Source: Desulfobulbus propionicus DSM 2032 (GTDB lineage Bacteria; Desulfobacterota; Desulfobulbia; Desulfobulbales; Desulfobulbaceae). From it: a DNA stretch of 32,000 nucleotides. The stretch lies in contig NC_014972.1 in NCBI RefSeq assembly GCF_000186885.1, forward strand, positions 510,001-542,000, in the 5' to 3' direction. A program made the position numbers and the translations under genes. Below the pieces are notes generated by a model. That model had not been told where the DNA came from. It searched no databases and worked only from the letters and a program-made list of their open reading frames with translations. Positions 29,540 to 32,000 of this stretch are shown piece after piece. Position 1 is the stretch's first letter. Every line of letters begins with the position of its first letter.

Positions 29540-30739
29540 ATGTCGACCAACAAGATTGTACTCGCCTATTCCGGCGGTTTGGATACTTCGGTTATTTTAA
29601 AATGGCTGGCCAATGAATACGGTTGCCCGGTCATCGCCTATTCCGCCGACATCGGCCAGAAGGAGGACTGGGACGCGGTCCGGGCCAAAGGGTTGGCCAC
29701 CGGCGCGGAAAAGGTGATCATCTCCGATCTGCGCGAGGAGTTTGTCCGTGACTACATCTTCCCGGCCTTCCGCGCCAACGCCATCTACGAGGGAGCGTAC
29801 CTGCTGGGCACCTCGCTGGCCCGGCCGCTGATCGCCAAGGAACAGGTGCGCATCGCCATTGCGGAAGGAGCAGACGCGGTCAGCCACGGCGCCACCGGCA
29901 AGGGTAACGATCAGGTCCGCTTCGAGCTGAGCTACATGGCGCTTAACCCCAAGCTGACCATCATTGCCCCCTGGCGGATCTGGGATCTCAACTCGCGGCA
30001 GAAGCTGGTCGAGTTTGCCAAGGCGCACAATATCCCGGTGCCGGTGACCAAGAAAAATCCCTACAGCTCGGACGAGAACCTGCTCCATATCAGCTTTGAG
30101 GGTGGCATCCTTGAAGATCCGTGGAACGAGCCGGACGAGGACATGTTCAAGCTGACCGTGAGCCCGGAAAAGGCGCCGGATACGCCCACCTACATCGAAA
30201 TTGATTTCGAGCAGGGCACACCGGTGGCCATCGACGGCGAGCGGCTCGGTCCGGTGGCCCTGATGAGCAAACTCAACAGCCTGGGTGGGGCCAACGGCAT
30301 CGGCCGGCTCGACATGGTCGAGAACCGTTTTGTCGGCATGAAGTCGCGCGGCGTCTACGAAACCCCCGGCGGCACCATCCTGCGGGCCGCGCACCGCGAT
30401 CTGGAAACCATCACCCTAGACCGAGAAGTGCTCAATATTCGCGATAGTTTGGTGCCGCGCTACTCGCAGCTGATCTACAACGGTTTCTGGTTCTCGCCGG
30501 AAATGCGCCTCTTGCAGCGGACCATGGATGATGCCCAGACCACGGTCAACGGCACGGTGCGGCTCAAGCTCTACAAGGGCAACTGCATCCCCGTGGGCCG
30601 AAAATCAGCCAACTCGCTCTATTCCGAGTCCTTTGCCACCTTTGAGGAAGACGAGGTCTACAACCAGGCGGACGCCACCGGCTTTATCCGCCTCAACGCC
30701 CTGCGCCTGCGCATCCAGGCCCACCAACGGATGAAATGA
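29540..30739 (+). CDS. argG: Argininosuccinate synthase
   Basis: '[17 protein letters not shown]', '[16 protein letters not shown]' and '[18 protein letters not shown]'. Confidence 0.97.
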   Translation: MSTNKIVLAYSGGLDTSVILKWLANEYGCPVIAYSADIGQKEDWDAVRAKGLATGAEKVIISDLREEFVRDYIFPAFRANAIYEGAYLLGTSLARPLIAKEQVRIAIAEGADAVSHGATGKGNDQVRFELSYMALNPKLTIIAPWRIWDLNSRQKLVEFAKAHNIPVPVTKKNPYSSDENLLHISFEGGILEDPWNEPDEDMFKLTVSPEKAPDTPTYIEIDFEQGTPVAIDGERLGPVALMSKLNSLGGANGIGRLDMVENRFVGMKSRGVYETPGGTILRAAHRDLETITLDREVLNIRDSLVPRYSQLIYNGFWFSPEMRLLQRTMDDAQTTVNGTVRLKLYKGNCIPVGRKSANSLYSESFATFEEDEVYNQADATGFIRLNALRLRIQAHQRMK

Positions 30740-32000
30740 GCGTGGACAGCACAAACCCCGCCGGCAAGATGTGGGGCGGCCGTTTCAGTGAGGCCACTGC
30801 CGCCTCGGTTGAGGCCTTTTCCGCCTCGATCCAGTACGATGCCCGCCTCTACCACCATGATATCATGGGCTCCAAGGCGCATGCGCGGATGCTCGCCCGG
30901 CAGGGGTTGATCACCGAGGCGGAACGGGATGCCATCCTCCAGGGGTTGACCGAGATCGAGGCCGAAATCGACCGCGGCGAGTTTGTCTTTCGGCCCGAGC
31001 TGGAAGACATTCACATGAATATCGAAAAGGTCCTGACCGAGCGGATCGGTCCGGCCGGGGCCAAACTGCACACCGCCCGCAGCCGCAACGACCAGGTCAA
31101 TCTCGATTTCCGCCTTTACCTGCGCGACGAAGCCGATGCCCTGGACGCGCTGCTGTGCGAGACGCAGCGGGCCTTTGCCCGTCTGGCTCGCAAGTATCTG
31201 GGCGTGGTCATGCCCGGGTACACCCACCTGCAACGGGCCCAACCGGTGCTGCTCTCCCATCATCTGCTCGCCTATGTGGAGATGTTTGGCCGCGACCGCG
31301 ACCGGTTGGCCGGCTGTCGGCAGCGGATCAACATCATGCCGCTCGGTGCCGCGGCCATGGCCGGTACCGGTCTGCCGATCGACCGGGAATCAGTGGCTGC
31401 GGAGCTTGGCTTTACCGCCATCACCGCCAACTCCATGGACACCACCGGTGATCGCGACTTTGCCCTGGAGATGCTGTTCTGTCTCAACCTGATCCAGCTC
31501 CACCTCAGCCGTCTGTCCGAGGAGTTGGTGCTGTGGTCGTCCAAGGAGTTCGAGTTCGTCCAGATCGGTGATCGCTACTGCACCGGCTCGTCGATCATGC
31601 CGCAGAAAAAGAATCCGGATATTCCCGAGTTGATCCGCGGCAAGACCGGCAGGGTCACTGGTGCCCTGATGGCGCTGTTGATGACGGTCAAGGGGTTGCC
31701 CCTGACCTACAACCGCGACCTGCAGGAAGACAAGGAGCAGGTGTTCGACGCCCTGGACACGGTCAAGGCCAGCCTGGCGATCACCGCCGAACTGCTCGAC
31801 CATACCGCCTTCAATGTCGAGCGGTTGCGGGCCGCCACCAGCGGCGGTTTCATGACCGCCACCGATCTCGCCGATTACCTGGTACGGCGCAACATGCCCT
31901 TTCGCGAGGCGCATGGCGTGGTGGGACGGGTCGTTGCCTTCTGCCAGGAGCGAAACTGCGAGCTGGTTGACCTGACCCTTGCGGAATTGCAATCCTTTTC
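30736..32000 (+). CDS. argH: Argininosuccinate lyase (3' end beyond window)
   Basis: Translated by eye from the ATG at 30736, which overlaps the argG stop: [32 protein letters not shown]...; '[10 protein letters not shown]' and '[12 protein letters not shown]' are argH signatures. Open at window end, so absent from the ORF track. Confidence 0.96.
   Translation, partial: MSVDSTNPAGKMWGGRFSEATAASVEAFSASIQYDARLYHHDIMGSKAHARMLARQGLITEAERDAILQGLTEIEAEIDRGEFVFRPELEDIHMNIEKVLTERIGPAGAKLHTARSRNDQVNLDFRLYLRDEADALDALLCETQRAFARLARKYLGVVMPGYTHLQRAQPVLLSHHLLAYVEMFGRDRDRLAGCRQRINIMPLGAAAMAGTGLPIDRESVAAELGFTAITANSMDTTGDRDFALEMLFCLNLIQLHLSRLSEELVLWSSKEFEFVQIGDRYCTGSSIMPQKKNPDIPELIRGKTGRVTGALMALLMTVKGLPLTYNRDLQEDKEQVFDALDTVKASLAITAELLDHTAFNVERLRAATSGGFMTATDLADYLVRRNMPFREAHGVVGRVVAFCQERNCELVDLTLAELQSF

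Overview
This 32 kb window is dense, GC-rich bacterial chromosome. Gene content and order look deltaproteobacterial (Desulfobulbales-like), which is an inference. I see no phage, IS element, CRISPR array, biosynthetic cluster or obvious novel defence system. From left to right it carries: a DASS/SLC13-type permease; an NhaD-type antiporter; a NifX/NifB-like small protein; a cupin; a YfbK-like von Willebrand (vWA) lipoprotein; a YqiA-like hydrolase; a long single-chain purL; a hicB-hicA toxin-antitoxin pair; a B12-binding-type radical SAM protein; prfC; a Na/Pi cotransporter; tRNA-Asn(GTT); a CpxA/CpxR-like two-component system; prmA; an HsdR_N-like protein; a class II DAHP synthase; ptsN-rpoN-lptB-lptA; and argB-argD-mntP-argF-argG-argH (argH cut by the window end). 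The best second-look signals are small. They are a perfect CpxR-box (GTAAA-N5-GTAAA) upstream of the cpxR-like gene, a REP/BIME-like double palindrome between prfC and the radical SAM gene, an unusual CX4CX2C cluster motif in the radical SAM protein, a proline-rich periplasmic linker and divergent N-box in the sensor kinase, and an HsdR_N-like protein that seems to lack PD-(D/E)XK catalytic residues.
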